DNA of 64,000 nucleotides from Camelus ferus (lineage: Eukaryota), in NCBI RefSeq assembly GCF_009834535.1, contig NC_045697.1:34784001-34848000 (forward strand), given 5' to 3'. The translations under genes were made by a program, and so were the position numbers. This document shows positions 27,660 to 39,010 of the stretch, one piece after another (positions within the stretch are counted from its first letter, which is position 1; every line of letters starts with the position of its first letter). The notes beneath the pieces are model-generated. The model did not search any database and was not told where the DNA came from. It was given only the letters and a program-made list of their open reading frames with translations.

Positions 27660-27890
27660 TTGAGCTGGTCAAACAGAACTGGTTTCAAATTTCAGCTTTG
27701 ACACTTACTAGCTGTGTGACCTCAGGTAAATTACTTAATTTCTCAGTGCCTCAGTTTCCTCCTTATAAAACAGGATAATAGTACCTATCATCTAGATGTG
27801 TTTGGAAAGATTAAATGAAATAAAGCACATAAACTGCTAAGCACAATGCTTGCCAGAAAGTGATCAATGCTGTTATTAGTAACAATAACA
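27660..27890. mobile_element. MIR SINE
   Basis: acttactagctgtgtgacctcaggtaaattacttaatttctcagtgcctcagtttcctc...gattaaatgaaataa. Confidence 0.8.
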
Positions 27891-28573
27891 ATCATGACAA
27901 TTATCATCTGGAACAAGGGCACCACATGAAAGTTGAGCTGTAACTCGGTGAAAGAGACAGCCAGGTCAGCACTTGGATAAATCAGCGCTGGGTCAAGATT
28001 CATCAGGGCAACTCAGGATACAGCACAGGGGCCCTGAGCGAACTCTGAGATGACAATTCAAATCAATAAATGTGTTAAGCATCTATCACGTGCCAGGCAC
28101 TGGGGATACAATTATGAATGAGATGCATGGCTCCAAGGTGACTGTGGCTTTGTGACATTATTTGGGGGAGGGGGAGGCTGACTGAAGCTGCTTCCTTGCT
28201 TTCAGCCACAGGCTGTGGGCACTGGGAACGCACTGAGCGTACTGGAGAACCAAACCTGGGCCCATCTGCTGGAATGCTAAGAAAGTATAAAAAGGACTTC
28301 AATCACCCCCGCAAAAATGCCTTCGTGTGAATTACGAAAAAGCGTTTCTTCCTTTAGAAATTTTACTTCCATGTGTCACAGTAAACAAATCTACCAGATC
28401 GACAATGTGAATGACATCCCAGAGTTATGCAGTGTATAACCTGCACAACTATATGTGGCAGCCCTGGGCATAGGCAGGGAAGATGACATGGGGACTGAGA
28501 GGGGTCGAGGGATAGGGTGAGGATGGAGTACCTGGGAGTCCCCAGGCCTTTGGAGACAGAGAAGAACTTTTGC

Positions 28574-29025
28574 TATAGTGCTGCTCCACTCAATATAGTA
28601 GCCACTCCCCACAAATAGCTATTAGACACTTGATATGTGGCCAGTACAACTTAGGAACTAATTTTTCAATTGTATTTCATTTTAATTCATTTTAATTTAA
28701 AATTTTAAACTGAAACAACATAGTGTTTCCATTAACTTTTTTGGTTGGAGTACATTTTACTTTTTCCCCTGCACCTTGTAAGATACTGAATTGTATTGCA
28801 TTGTACTGTATTGCTCATATCAAGCTCCTGAGTTTTTTCTGGTATTTTATTAATAATTTTTATATGATTACATGGTGAAATTATAGTATTTTCTATACAT
28901 TGGGTTACACAAAATACACAATTAAGTTTAACTTCACCTATTGTGTTTTGGGTTTTTTAATGGGGCTACTAGAAACTTTAAAATTACATTAAGGACTCAC
29001 TTAATTTCTCTTCAACAGTGCTGCT
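28574..29025. mobile_element. hAT-Charlie element (MER33/MER3/Charlie1-like)
   Basis: aatatagtagccact...gctattagacacttgatatgtggccagt...ggctactagaaactttaaaattaca...aacagtgctg. Confidence 0.7.
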
Positions 29026-29194
29026 ATGAAGACATCTTAGGATCTATAGTGCTAAGGGGCCTGGAACGATACCCAGAGGAACTGGTTGCTTTTAGGTTTG
29101 TTTGAAGCAGATCTTTATGTTTTCTTCTAGGTTGTCCACTCTGTTTACCAGAAGGGAAAATAACAGGGAGAGAGCTCAGTGTGTGCAGCTCAGT

Positions 29195-29405
29195 AGAGTC
29201 CTCAGGGTACACTCTGGAGTCAGACTGCACTGCTCTGAACTCTGGCTCCACCACTTAAGCAAATCTCCCTGAATCTCCCTGAGTTTCAAGCTCTTCATCT
29301 GTAAACTGCTGATGAAGGGAGTTGCCGGGATGATTAAATGAGATAATCCAATATAAAGAGCTTAAGCACAGAGCCTGGCACAACTTATGTGCTCAATCAA
29401 TGACT
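29195..29405. mobile_element. MIR SINE
   Basis: ctctggagtcagactg...ctggctccaccactta...gattaaatgagataatcca...gagcctggcaca. Confidence 0.75.
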
Positions 29406-29748
29406 AGGGGTGACTGGGGCATTATTTGGGAATTAAGAAGGTGCCAATTTACATATTTGCTTTGTCTTAAGTCCACTGTGTTTTTAAGGTACACTGATGA
29501 AACTATCTTAGGTGCTGAAGCATCATGAAATGGGGTCAGATGGTGTTTCTAAATTATGTGTAACAACAGCTAAGATTTAGTTAGCTTTTTTGTTCCAAAT
29601 CCTACACTTAGTCAATGTCTTCAGTTAAGAGTCTAGTAATATCTGAATCTCTTTCTTGAGTAAGAACTAGAACATCCATCTGCATAGTACAGATGGATTC
29701 ATTCTACCTAAATGCATTCTTTACCACTTCCCTGCCATTTTGTGTAAT

Positions 29749-30466
29749 ACTCATGAGTGTGTATGAAACAGCCTGGGAAAAGCTCAAAGTCCTTTGTAAA
29801 CTTGAGACCAGCAATTTGGCTTTTTAGTGTCCCAAAAGGTTCATGTTGACTATAAACTTGGAGTTTACACTGTGTACTCCCTCTTCTCCATGGTTTATTT
29901 TAAAAACGATAATACTTAAACTAGTTTACTCACATTTGCATCCTGAGAAATGTCCATCTATGCTTAACTTTTGCTCTGTCTTCCAACCCTCTTCCTATTC
30001 CTGACTTTTAAAGACATTTCTCCCAGCCTCACACTGACTCAATTTATTTAATAGCCTTTGTGTGGTCTTTTCAAGATCACTTTGAAAATCACAGTTTATC
30101 CCTAGCTTCCATAATTATTTAATGCCCTTGAAGAACTCTAGTGAATTCGTCAAACATGATTCCTCCTTACAAGGGAGGAGCCTATCCTCCCAAAGGATCA
30201 TATTTGCCTAAAAACTGTAAAATCCACTTTCTCAACACATACACTCATGCAGAATTTATTTTAGATTCCACTTGTGATTCCAAGAAAATTTCCAGACACT
30301 ACACTAAATCTACCATCTGATTCTCAGCAAGCCATTATCTTCTACGAGGCTCACTTTACTCATCTATAAAATAGGCATAATATAGATACCCTCCACTAAA
30401 GAGAACAAGCCATCTCATCACTCATGAGTGTGTATGAAACAGCCTGGGAAAAGCTCAAAGTCCTTT
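29749..30466. repeat. Perfect 47-bp direct repeat pair (29749-29795 and 30420-30466)
   Basis: ACTCATGAGTGTGTATGAAACAGCCTGGGAAAAGCTCAAAGTCCTTT occurs twice, 671 bp apart. Confidence 0.95.
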
Positions 30467-32411
30467 ACAAGCATTAGGCCATGAACCTCTCTGAAGTGGA
30501 CTGTTAATTAGGTGTCATTACGCTTTGTTTAATAGATGGAAAACCCAAGGCATGGCATAATACCAATTAAGAGCTGACTTCAAAATTGAGCCCAGGCTTT
30601 AAACTTTAGACAGAAAAATGTCAGGGGAAAACTCTGAATAAGAATTTACTCCATTCTAGTTCTTTATCAAGAAACCACATTAATGCAGAATTCTCTCCTG
30701 TTACTGGTTGCCTTGCCCCTCCTACTTCCTCATGCAGTCCAGGAATGGGGAAACAGATGGGAGGGTTGGAATTTTCTGCTGAACACATAATGCCTTTCCC
30801 TGCTTACAGAAAGGTTCATGAAACCTAGACTAGGTACGAAGGGCAAATGTAGTTTCACAGATACCATAAAAACCTCTCCATTTTTTGCTACTGATCCCTG
30901 GAAACTTTTCCAACCAGACATCCCACAAAATAAAATGAGGCTACAGACATTTACCAACCAGACACAGCCTCACAAATGAACCTGTCAGGTTACCCTGGCT
31001 TTATTATCTGATCTACAGCTGGATACACAGCCTCGATAACTCAAAATAAACCTTCACACAAAGGAGATACTGTGAATCCAAAAGGTCCAAAAAGAGGTAT
31101 GGAAACTTTATATAACTTCAGCTAGCCAGTGAGCTTTTTCAGATTATTATTTTGTGTCCCTCTGAAAATGATTAACAGAAACTAGAAACCCTTTAATTCA
31201 AGAGTGGTATTTTGAAAACTATTTTCCAAGGAAACAATCCCCCAAAGAGAAAAATGTATAGCAACACTACTTACTTCAAAACAAAACAAAACAAAACAAA
31301 AAAACCACATGTCCAACAGTTGGAGAGTGGGTCAAAATATCATTGTATGTTAACATGACAGACTGTCACCTAGCTATTAAATGATAATCATTCCCAGAAG
31401 AAAATGTCTATTTGAAATAATGTTACCCAAAGAACACTATGCCTGAACTAATTATAACCTCATAAAGCAGCTGCATACACACCCCCTCCCACACACACAC
31501 ATACATATACGTAAAGATCACAGTATTTGGAGTTACAGAAATGGTTGCACCTAATGCTCCTTAGGCTAATTACTTGCTAGAAAGTTGCTAAAGATTTCTG
31601 AAAAGTCAAATGATGATAAAGATGACCGAGAAGGAGTTCACCAAGATTCTCCCTGGAATAGTTTTACAGTCATTTTTAATCTCTTTTGTGTAAGCTTCAG
31701 TATTGCTTACGTTTTTTAACAATGAATATATAAAACTCTATAAAATGGCTTTTTTTTTTTAAATGATGGCAGGGAGAGTTCAGAGAGCACAGTGCGAGAT
31801 GGGGAATCTCAGTGGCATGGGGAGATCTATCCTTCGTCTGGGGGAGGGAAAGGGATACGTCACCAGCTCTGAGCCCAAAAACCTCCAGCTGTGATTCCAG
31901 AACCTAAGAATTCTTTGATGCAATGCTTCTATAACTGGTTGAAATATGTGGTAAATAAGTTGACATTTCTTAAAAAAAAATTTTTAAGCATTCATACCTA
32001 AATTTACATATCTAACAGCATCCATTACTCAGTTAAATTGTATTTCTCTTTCTTTACATGGTTAAAGAATCAAGTATTTTTATCCCTCAAAGGAGGAAAA
32101 TAAAAAAGAAAGCCAAGGGCCTTCTATGAAACAAAAATAACCCCAATGGTAAAAACTAACTTTACTGAATGCTTAAATTACATTTGCAGAAAAATAAACA
32201 TTGAAATCACTACTTTGTAGGGGGAAAAAAGCCACAATTTAATTTTGGGGGTAGTCATGTGAGATCCTACAAGCTGTGGTTGAAACCTAACACTGGGGGA
32301 ATACATGAGAGCATGACAGTGTCTAAGGAAATAGCTAACAGAAAGACAGTGCTGGAACTCTACTCAGGATAAAGAGAAGACACGAAAAGTCTTTCCTACA
32401 CTAAATCAGGC

Positions 32412-32447
32412 TAGAACTTCACAAAAATTAGAACTTCACAAAAATTA
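32412..32447. repeat. 17-bp tandem duplication
   Basis: tagaacttcacaaaaat x2. Confidence 0.9.
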
Positions 32448-32578
32448 AAGACCAAAGGAGTAGGATATTTGACAGGCAGCTCTACATTATAAGTATTTCA
32501 TATAGTATATGACCATTAAAAGTCTTTCACTTTGATACTCTACTAGCTAAGCATTTCCAAACCTCTTAACCTTTAAAA

Positions 32579-33137
32579 ATAATAAACAAGTTTCTTCTGT
32601 ATAGCACAGGGAACTATATTCAACATCTTGTAGTAACGTATAATGAAAAAGAATATGAAAACAAATGTATATGTATATGCATAACTAAAACATTATGTTG
32701 TACACCAGAAATTGACACATGTAAACTGACTATACCGCAATAAAAAAAAAGACTACGTGCTTCCAAAGATGACCTTAAGAACCAAAGAAAAAGAGACATA
32801 CTTAATAAGTGATCTGATGATTTTTTGTAATTTTTTATTTTAAAATAAAATGTCAGCTTTACAGAAAAAAAATAAAGGGAATAGATAAAGTAGTTTCCAA
32901 TGACAATCAATCAATCAATCAATGGCATGTAGTTACAAAAGGAAAAAATATATATTGCTGAAATCCAAAGAGATCTGCCTCCTTTAGAAATTTATATAAA
33001 ACACCAGACTAAAGAATATGAAAATTAATATATGTATATTTATGTATGACTGAAAATTTGTGCTATACACCAGAAATTGACACAACATTGAAAACTGACT
33101 ATAACTCAGAACAAAATAATAATAATAAATAAAACTT
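32579..33137 (+). mobile_element. Two short L1 3'-end insertions (~32579-32751 and ~33012-33137)
   Basis: Both share tacaccagaaattgacaca...aaactgactata plus an A-rich tail; the second is flanked by accagacta (33003-33011 / 33138-33146). Confidence 0.8.
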
Positions 33138-34429
33138 ACCAGACTAGACAACCTAATCAGCACACACTTCCCTCCCTCCTCCAAAACCCACTCTTCTTAG
33201 CCGTAAAAAATAAGACAGTCACAACACTACGGTAAGAAGAAATACACAAGTGTAAAATAATAATAATAAATAATGTTCTTTCCAGAATGTTTTCAGTGAG
33301 GATTATTTCCAAATAATATGAATAACAATACACTTGGGAAACCTTAAACTGAATACACTATGGCTTCAGTCTATATAGCCAAAGAGAAGTGAAAGTCTAA
33401 TCAAGAATTTGATGTATTTAGATGACCAGATACAACTTGGATAATTATGACCAAATATATACATTTTTTTAAACTGCCATGTGTTCACAATTATCTGGTA
33501 TTTACCAGACATGTGCTTTTCCCTAGGAGAGCTCACAATGCAGCTGAGAAGACAGAAAGAACTTCTGTTAATCACATAGAACATTAGAGAAAAACTATAC
33601 TGTTTCAGAAAAAGGGAAAGAGGGGAAAAGAGGTTGCAATGGCTCCAAAGGTTCTGTTTAGAAAAGGAAAGGACGCTGGTGGAAGCACAGAGAGGAATGA
33701 GCATTGCAGGTATTCCCACTGGCAGAGCTTTCGATCATAATGGTACCAAGTGGGTTCCTGCTGAGTAAGTGTTTTCTAACCATCTTATTCTTCATTGCCA
33801 TCCTTCAGAAAGCAAGTCACCACTGTACCTGCTCCACTGTAGCAATTGCCAGCACTGGTGTTTTCTGTATTTCCAATGCACAGCCTGCCACTGTGGGAGT
33901 ATAGAGCTCTGCTTCTCCTGCACAGATAAGATGGTTTGGGAACAATACTCTTCCTACTTCAGTGGAAGCTGACTCTTGTCATCATTCCTCTGTGTATAAG
34001 CATAAGTCACATCGATGCCAAGCTACCGAGAGAGAAGGCTGGAAGATCTCACTGCATTAAGGGAGCCTGAGGAATGACTCTTAACCGGTTAAACAGGGTT
34101 GGGAAAGTTGTGATCATCCACGAGGAGCAGGGTAGTTCAGTCATCTCTGCTCAGCCCAGCCAGAAACAGGAACTTGGTGCACATTCCAAGAAAGGCATGA
34201 GCTTTGAAATGGGAAAAGAGGATGTTCTGCTGGTAAGGCAACTGTGTTTCAAACTGGCCTCCAGAAGGAAATAATGATAACTTCCATTGAGGACACATGG
34301 CTGTCAATGACACCAGGTCCACCTTTCAGATGAAAACATTAGACTTAGAGAAACTGAGCTTCACTGAAAGGTAAAACATTCAGAGGCAAAGGTGACAGAA
34401 TGAGTCCCTCTAGACAAAGGGAATTGACC

Positions 34430-35760
34430 AGTAAGCCATATACTACTCAAGCCAGGGCTAAAGAGAGATTTTGCCACAAATACGTAGGTATACATATTCT
34501 GAGAACAAAAAGGACTTTTAATTTTAAATATTTAAAATATGATTAGACTCGTGAAAACCTTAGTAGAAGGAGTAGACGATAATATTGAAAAAATCCCCCC
34601 AAAAGTAGAACCAAGAAGTAAAAGATAGATATTAGCAAAGAAATGTAAGAAAATACCTAATATCCAGCCCAAAATATCTAGTATCTGAACAATAACAGTA
34701 ACAGTTTCTGAAAGAGACATGACAGAAAGTAGAGAGGAAGAAGTTATCAATGAGATAACTCAAGAAAATTTCCAAAATTGAGAGAGAGATTTCCAGATAA
34801 AGAACGCAGCACAATGGATGAAACCAGACCCAGACCACAGCACAACATCATGAAAATTCCAGGATCATGGAGGGCAAGAGAAAATTCTATAAACCTCCAG
34901 AAAGAACACAGCAGGTTTGTAATATGTAGACAGGTTACAGGCAAAAATTAAGGAATCAGAACAATTCTGAATTTCTCAACAGCAAACCACAAGCTAGAAA
35001 ATGGTGGAACAATGCTTCAAGGGTTCCATCCTAGAAGTCTATACTCAGACAAACTATTAATTGTCCATGGAAAACAGGTATTTTCAAGCACTTTTTGTAA
35101 AATGAATAAACAAAATATGAATAGACACAATGAACAGAAAAAAAAAGACATCCTGTGCATTAATTACCTGAAAGCTCCTTGAGGATGTGATAAATCAAAA
35201 CGAGGGAGTCTACAAGATAAAGACATGTGCTAGAGGTAACAGGAGATCCAGTGCAGGAGAGAAATGATGGGGATCCCCAGAGGGATGACAACAGGAGGTC
35301 CTCAGGGTGACATCTGTGCCCCATGCAGATACGGCAATCAGTCCAGGCTAGAGCAACCCAGGAGACTCAGGGAAGCTTCTTCGAGAAAATGAAATTGACT
35401 GAATATCCTAATGCATCTGACGGAAGAAGTAGAAAACTGGCCAAGAGTTTTGGGTTGAATTAATGATGAGTATATTAAAAACTAAGCAAGTGAGCAACAA
35501 AGCAATTATTAACCAAAATTACTGTTTAGCTATTGCACAGATGGGAAAATAGGGAAGTTGTGGTTATGTTGGGGATTAGTTAGAGGGAAAAAGAGCCAGG
35601 TCATCATTTTCCATAGCGGGAAGTCGATAGATAATGCTTCAAACTGAAAAATGCAAGAAGTATCAATCACAGGCAATAAATACCAAAATAATCAGCTCAA
35701 AGAATCACAAGTGCTTGTTTCTGGAGAGGAAGAAATGTAACTTGTATTAAAAGTTTAAAA
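34430..35760 (+). mobile_element. Ancient L1 ORF1 / HAL1-like fragment
   Basis: A-rich decayed ORF1-like sequence (gagataactcaagaaaatttccaaaattg...cacaacatcatgaaaattccagg...gagaaaattctataaacctccag). Confidence 0.55.
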
Positions 35761-37569
35761 CTGAAAAAAAACAAAACAAAAAACAAAACAAAAATTGGCT
35801 TCTACAACCCTCTTTTTTGTTTGGTTTTGCTTTGTTTCCCCAATAACAATTTGGGAAAATTCCACCCTTGTTTCCCCTAAACAAAAGGAAATGTCATTTT
35901 CTATATCCAGACCCCAGGGACGGTGGTCACCTGAGCTCTGCACAGTACAATGCAGTGGGAAAGTTAATAGGTATAATCCAATGCAAGGCAGGACTGGTTG
36001 AGCTAGGGCTGAGACGAAAAAGCAAGCCCAGGTGGAGGCAAGTTCGGAGGTGGAAGCAACTCCTAAGCCTCTCTCCTCTGGGGTCCCTTCCAACAAAGCT
36101 ATTCTCCTGGCATAATCACATGGGACAGGGTAATTTTAGAACTGCCAGTGACCCTGGACCAATTTCACTCCTTTTTAACAGACTCCAATGCCCAATTTAT
36201 GACCCCAATCCAACAAGGCAGCTGCCCCCAAAGCAGTTTATCTGGGTTCAACTTCAATTACTCCACTTTGTCTGTGTAGACTAATAAAAAGAGAGCACAG
36301 CAAAGGCTCTGAAACAAGTGACAGCACCATCGACAGGTATTTACTGAGCATCATGCACCAGGTTGAGGGTCAACAGCCCTGCCAGCTATGTAGACCAAGA
36401 TTCTCCCTAGGGTGGGAACCCAGGACGGGTGGAGTAGGGTGGAAGACCAGGATCCGGAAAAGCTGGGGTGGGGAAGGGTGGCACCAACCGAGTCAACCTG
36501 GAGGAACCTGTAGGCAGAGGTGTGCTTGGATGCCCAAGGCCCAGGCTCCCAGCACTCTGTATACAGAAAGGAAGACCAGCAATTCTCCTCTAAGCAAAAA
36601 ATGGCCAGACACTGCCTAAAACCCCATCAGCCACCCTGTCAAGGTCAACTTGGGAAGCAAAGGTCACCATTCTCTAAGCTCTACTATGATTTAGTAAGAC
36701 ATAGCCCCTGCCCTTAAGTATCTAGCTGCTAAGAAAACATGATGACTATCTTGATACAGAATAAGTAGGTAAACAGGTTGACAGTGCTAGAACATATATT
36801 AATATTCTATTTATTTCCTACTTGGGAAGACGTGAAAATTCTAGTTCAAGGACCTATGTGGGGCAAAGGTATTGCCAACTAGAGCACTGCACCAATTCGC
36901 ATGTTTCCAACACTTGCCCTGTACGGTTCTACAAACCAAAATGTACACACCCTGGTGGGAAGCATCAAAATCATTAACGTAAACCATAAACACAAGGCCC
37001 TCAGCATCCTGAGCTGGCAAGAGAATACAATGATCAGACTAATTGGATTGTTAGGAAAGTACAGGTCTTTCCTAAACTATGAAAACGTACCTAAACTAAA
37101 AAAATATTTTCAAATATAAAATGAGAAAATTACACACACTTTTTTCCTTATAAATCATGACACTCCATACTACATGTGATTCTTGCCAACTGAGCTACCA
37201 GCATCACAAACTAACCTGCTGAATCCTAAACTTATTTGGTAAACCCACTGGTTTGTTGGGGTTAACTTTCCCTCTACAGATCTTCAGTGGAGAATTATCT
37301 AGATTTCTCAGAAATTTCCTAAGAGGAAAAATGGGCACTCGCTGGAAAAACACAGGGTATATGCTCAAAACAGTTAACTATTTTGGATATGTTTCAAACC
37401 CACTTAGCCACGAGCCATCCTTTTGTTCCAAAGTAACATTTAGATCTACCTTTCTAATCAAATATTCCAGTTTTCAAAGAATGGCAATAGATCAGACTGT
37501 TTACGAACCTGATACACAGCAACGTGTTATTCTTCCATGAAAACTAAACAAATCAAATCAAAAGGAAAA

Positions 37570-38700
37570 TTCAGGATCCGCGGGAAAGCGCACACTCCCG
37601 AGTCAAGGCCTTAGCTTTTTCCAGTATATGTATTCACCGAACCCCTGTTTTCAAGACTCAAACACAACTTCCCAGATAAAAAATGTGAGGCTGGTGGGGT
37701 GAGGCACTTGGACATGTCCAACTGTGAAAAGTCTCTGTGGATTCTGCCAACTTTCAATCAACACTGCGTTGGCGCCCAGACAAGGGGAATCAGCCCCGCG
37801 ACGTGGCTGGAAGTGAACCCAGTGCTGAACTTGCTGCCGGGCGGCCTGGGCCCAAGGGGAAAAGGGGCGGGTGCTCCTCGGAAGAGGCCAGCGCCGGAGC
37901 CCAGGAGGCGGAGAGGCGGCGGCCGCCGGAAGGCGCGGCTACGCCGGGACGCGCACCTGTCCCTTCCTGAACCGCAGGAGACAGGGGTCCTCACCTGGCG
38001 TGGCGCGCTCGCGCTCCTGGCGGCGCGGAGGGAAGAAAACCCTTCCTCGTTCCACGAGGGTCAGTCTCTGGGCTTGTGGAAGCCCCCTCTCGCCGCGCGC
38101 ATCCCGGTCCTTGACCCTTTCCCGCCCGAAGTGGCGCAGTCCCGGAGCCGTCCCGGAGCTACCCCGGCCGGCCCGCGGCGCCCTTACCTGGTTGGAGCGC
38201 ACCGGCTGCGCGGAGCCGTGGAGACGGTGAAGACTTCAGGCGCCGCCGAGTCCCGAGCCTCGAGCCTGGCGCCGCCGGCCCCGCCCCCGCACTCCCGGCC
38301 CCGCCCCGGCCCCGATCGCTCCGCCCCCGCTCACCAAGACCGGCAGCGGCTGGTTTCCACGGCGCCGCGGCGGTTCTGAGACGGGAGGCGGGAGTGGGTC
38401 GGACGCGTGTCGCGGCTCCGGCGACTCAGCCGGAGTTTCCAGGACGTCGCAGGAGCGTCCTTGGTGTTCTCCTTGGCTCTTTCCCCGGAGAGCCGCCCCG
38501 CGAGGACGCGGACACCCCCAGCCCGAGAGAACCCCTGGTAGTGCCACCTGTGGGTGACTGGGGACTCTGTCGGAATTAGGGATCGCACCTCCCCTTCCGC
38601 TGAGTGGCGGCGAGCCAGGTGGGTGATGCGGCGCGGCCGAGCGTAGCAACGAGTTTTACCAAAAGAATATGTGTTTTTACTGTCGAACCGAAAGCAACAG
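37570..38700. promoter_or_regulatory. CpG island / TATA-less TEC promoter with Sp/KLF GC boxes
   Basis: Abrupt rise in GC and CpG density against an AT-rich, CpG-poor background. Several CCCCGCCCC / CCGCCC boxes at ~38279-38330 and a REL/NF-kB-like CGGAGTTTCC at 38431-38440. Confidence 0.9.
38188..38280 (-). other. TEC: TEC non-coding exon 1 (5' end/TSS approximate)
   Basis: Near-consensus donor CAG|GTAAGG inside the CpG island, just downstream of clustered GC boxes. It contains no ATG. When spliced to exon 2 it puts an in-frame TGA upstream of the 3058 ATG, consistent with that ATG being the start. Confidence 0.7.
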
Positions 38701-38789
38701 AGCATATCTTATACACTTACAGGGTCACGTGTCCTCACTATTACTGTAGTGACACTTTATTTACCCATTGAAGAGTAGAAAACTGCCCT

Positions 38790-39010
38790 TAGGTAAGACT
38801 GACTTTGTCCCAGGCGCTGTTCTAGGTACTTTATATGTATTAACATTTTTGTAGAGTTTGTTACCAGAAATCTCCATTTTACAGAGGGTGAACGTGAGGC
38901 ATAGAGAAGTTAAATAACCAGCCTGTTGTCACCTGACTAGTAAACTGAAAAGCTAGGATTCAGATCCCCGTAGTCCTCCTACTAAATCTGTGCTTTAAAC
39001 CACTGCTCTT
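38790..39010. mobile_element. MIR SINE
   Basis: ccaggcgctgttctaggtactttatatgtattaac...ccattttacagagggtgaacgtgaggcatagagaagttaaataac. Confidence 0.75.

Larger units (their letters stand above)
3107..38187 (-). other. TEC: TEC intron 1 (~35 kb)
   Basis: Bounded by donor CAG|GTAAGG at 38188/38187 in the CpG island and the exon 2 acceptor at 3107; repeat-rich, with no other credible coding exon seen. Confidence 0.75.

Noticed and set aside
33366..34320. ORF-dense, mRNA-looking stretch considered as a processed pseudogene; includes an 11-bp inverted repeat AACCATCTTAT / ATAAGATGGTT
   Set aside because: No recognisable protein in any frame and no poly(A) or TSD; the short inverted repeat is compatible with chance.
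37699..38379. 226-aa plus-strand ORF and the other overlapping ORFs in the CpG island
   Set aside because: Pro/Arg/Gly/Ala-rich, no recognisable domain, non-ATG start, and several frames open at once. This is the expected stop-codon depletion in GC-rich DNA.
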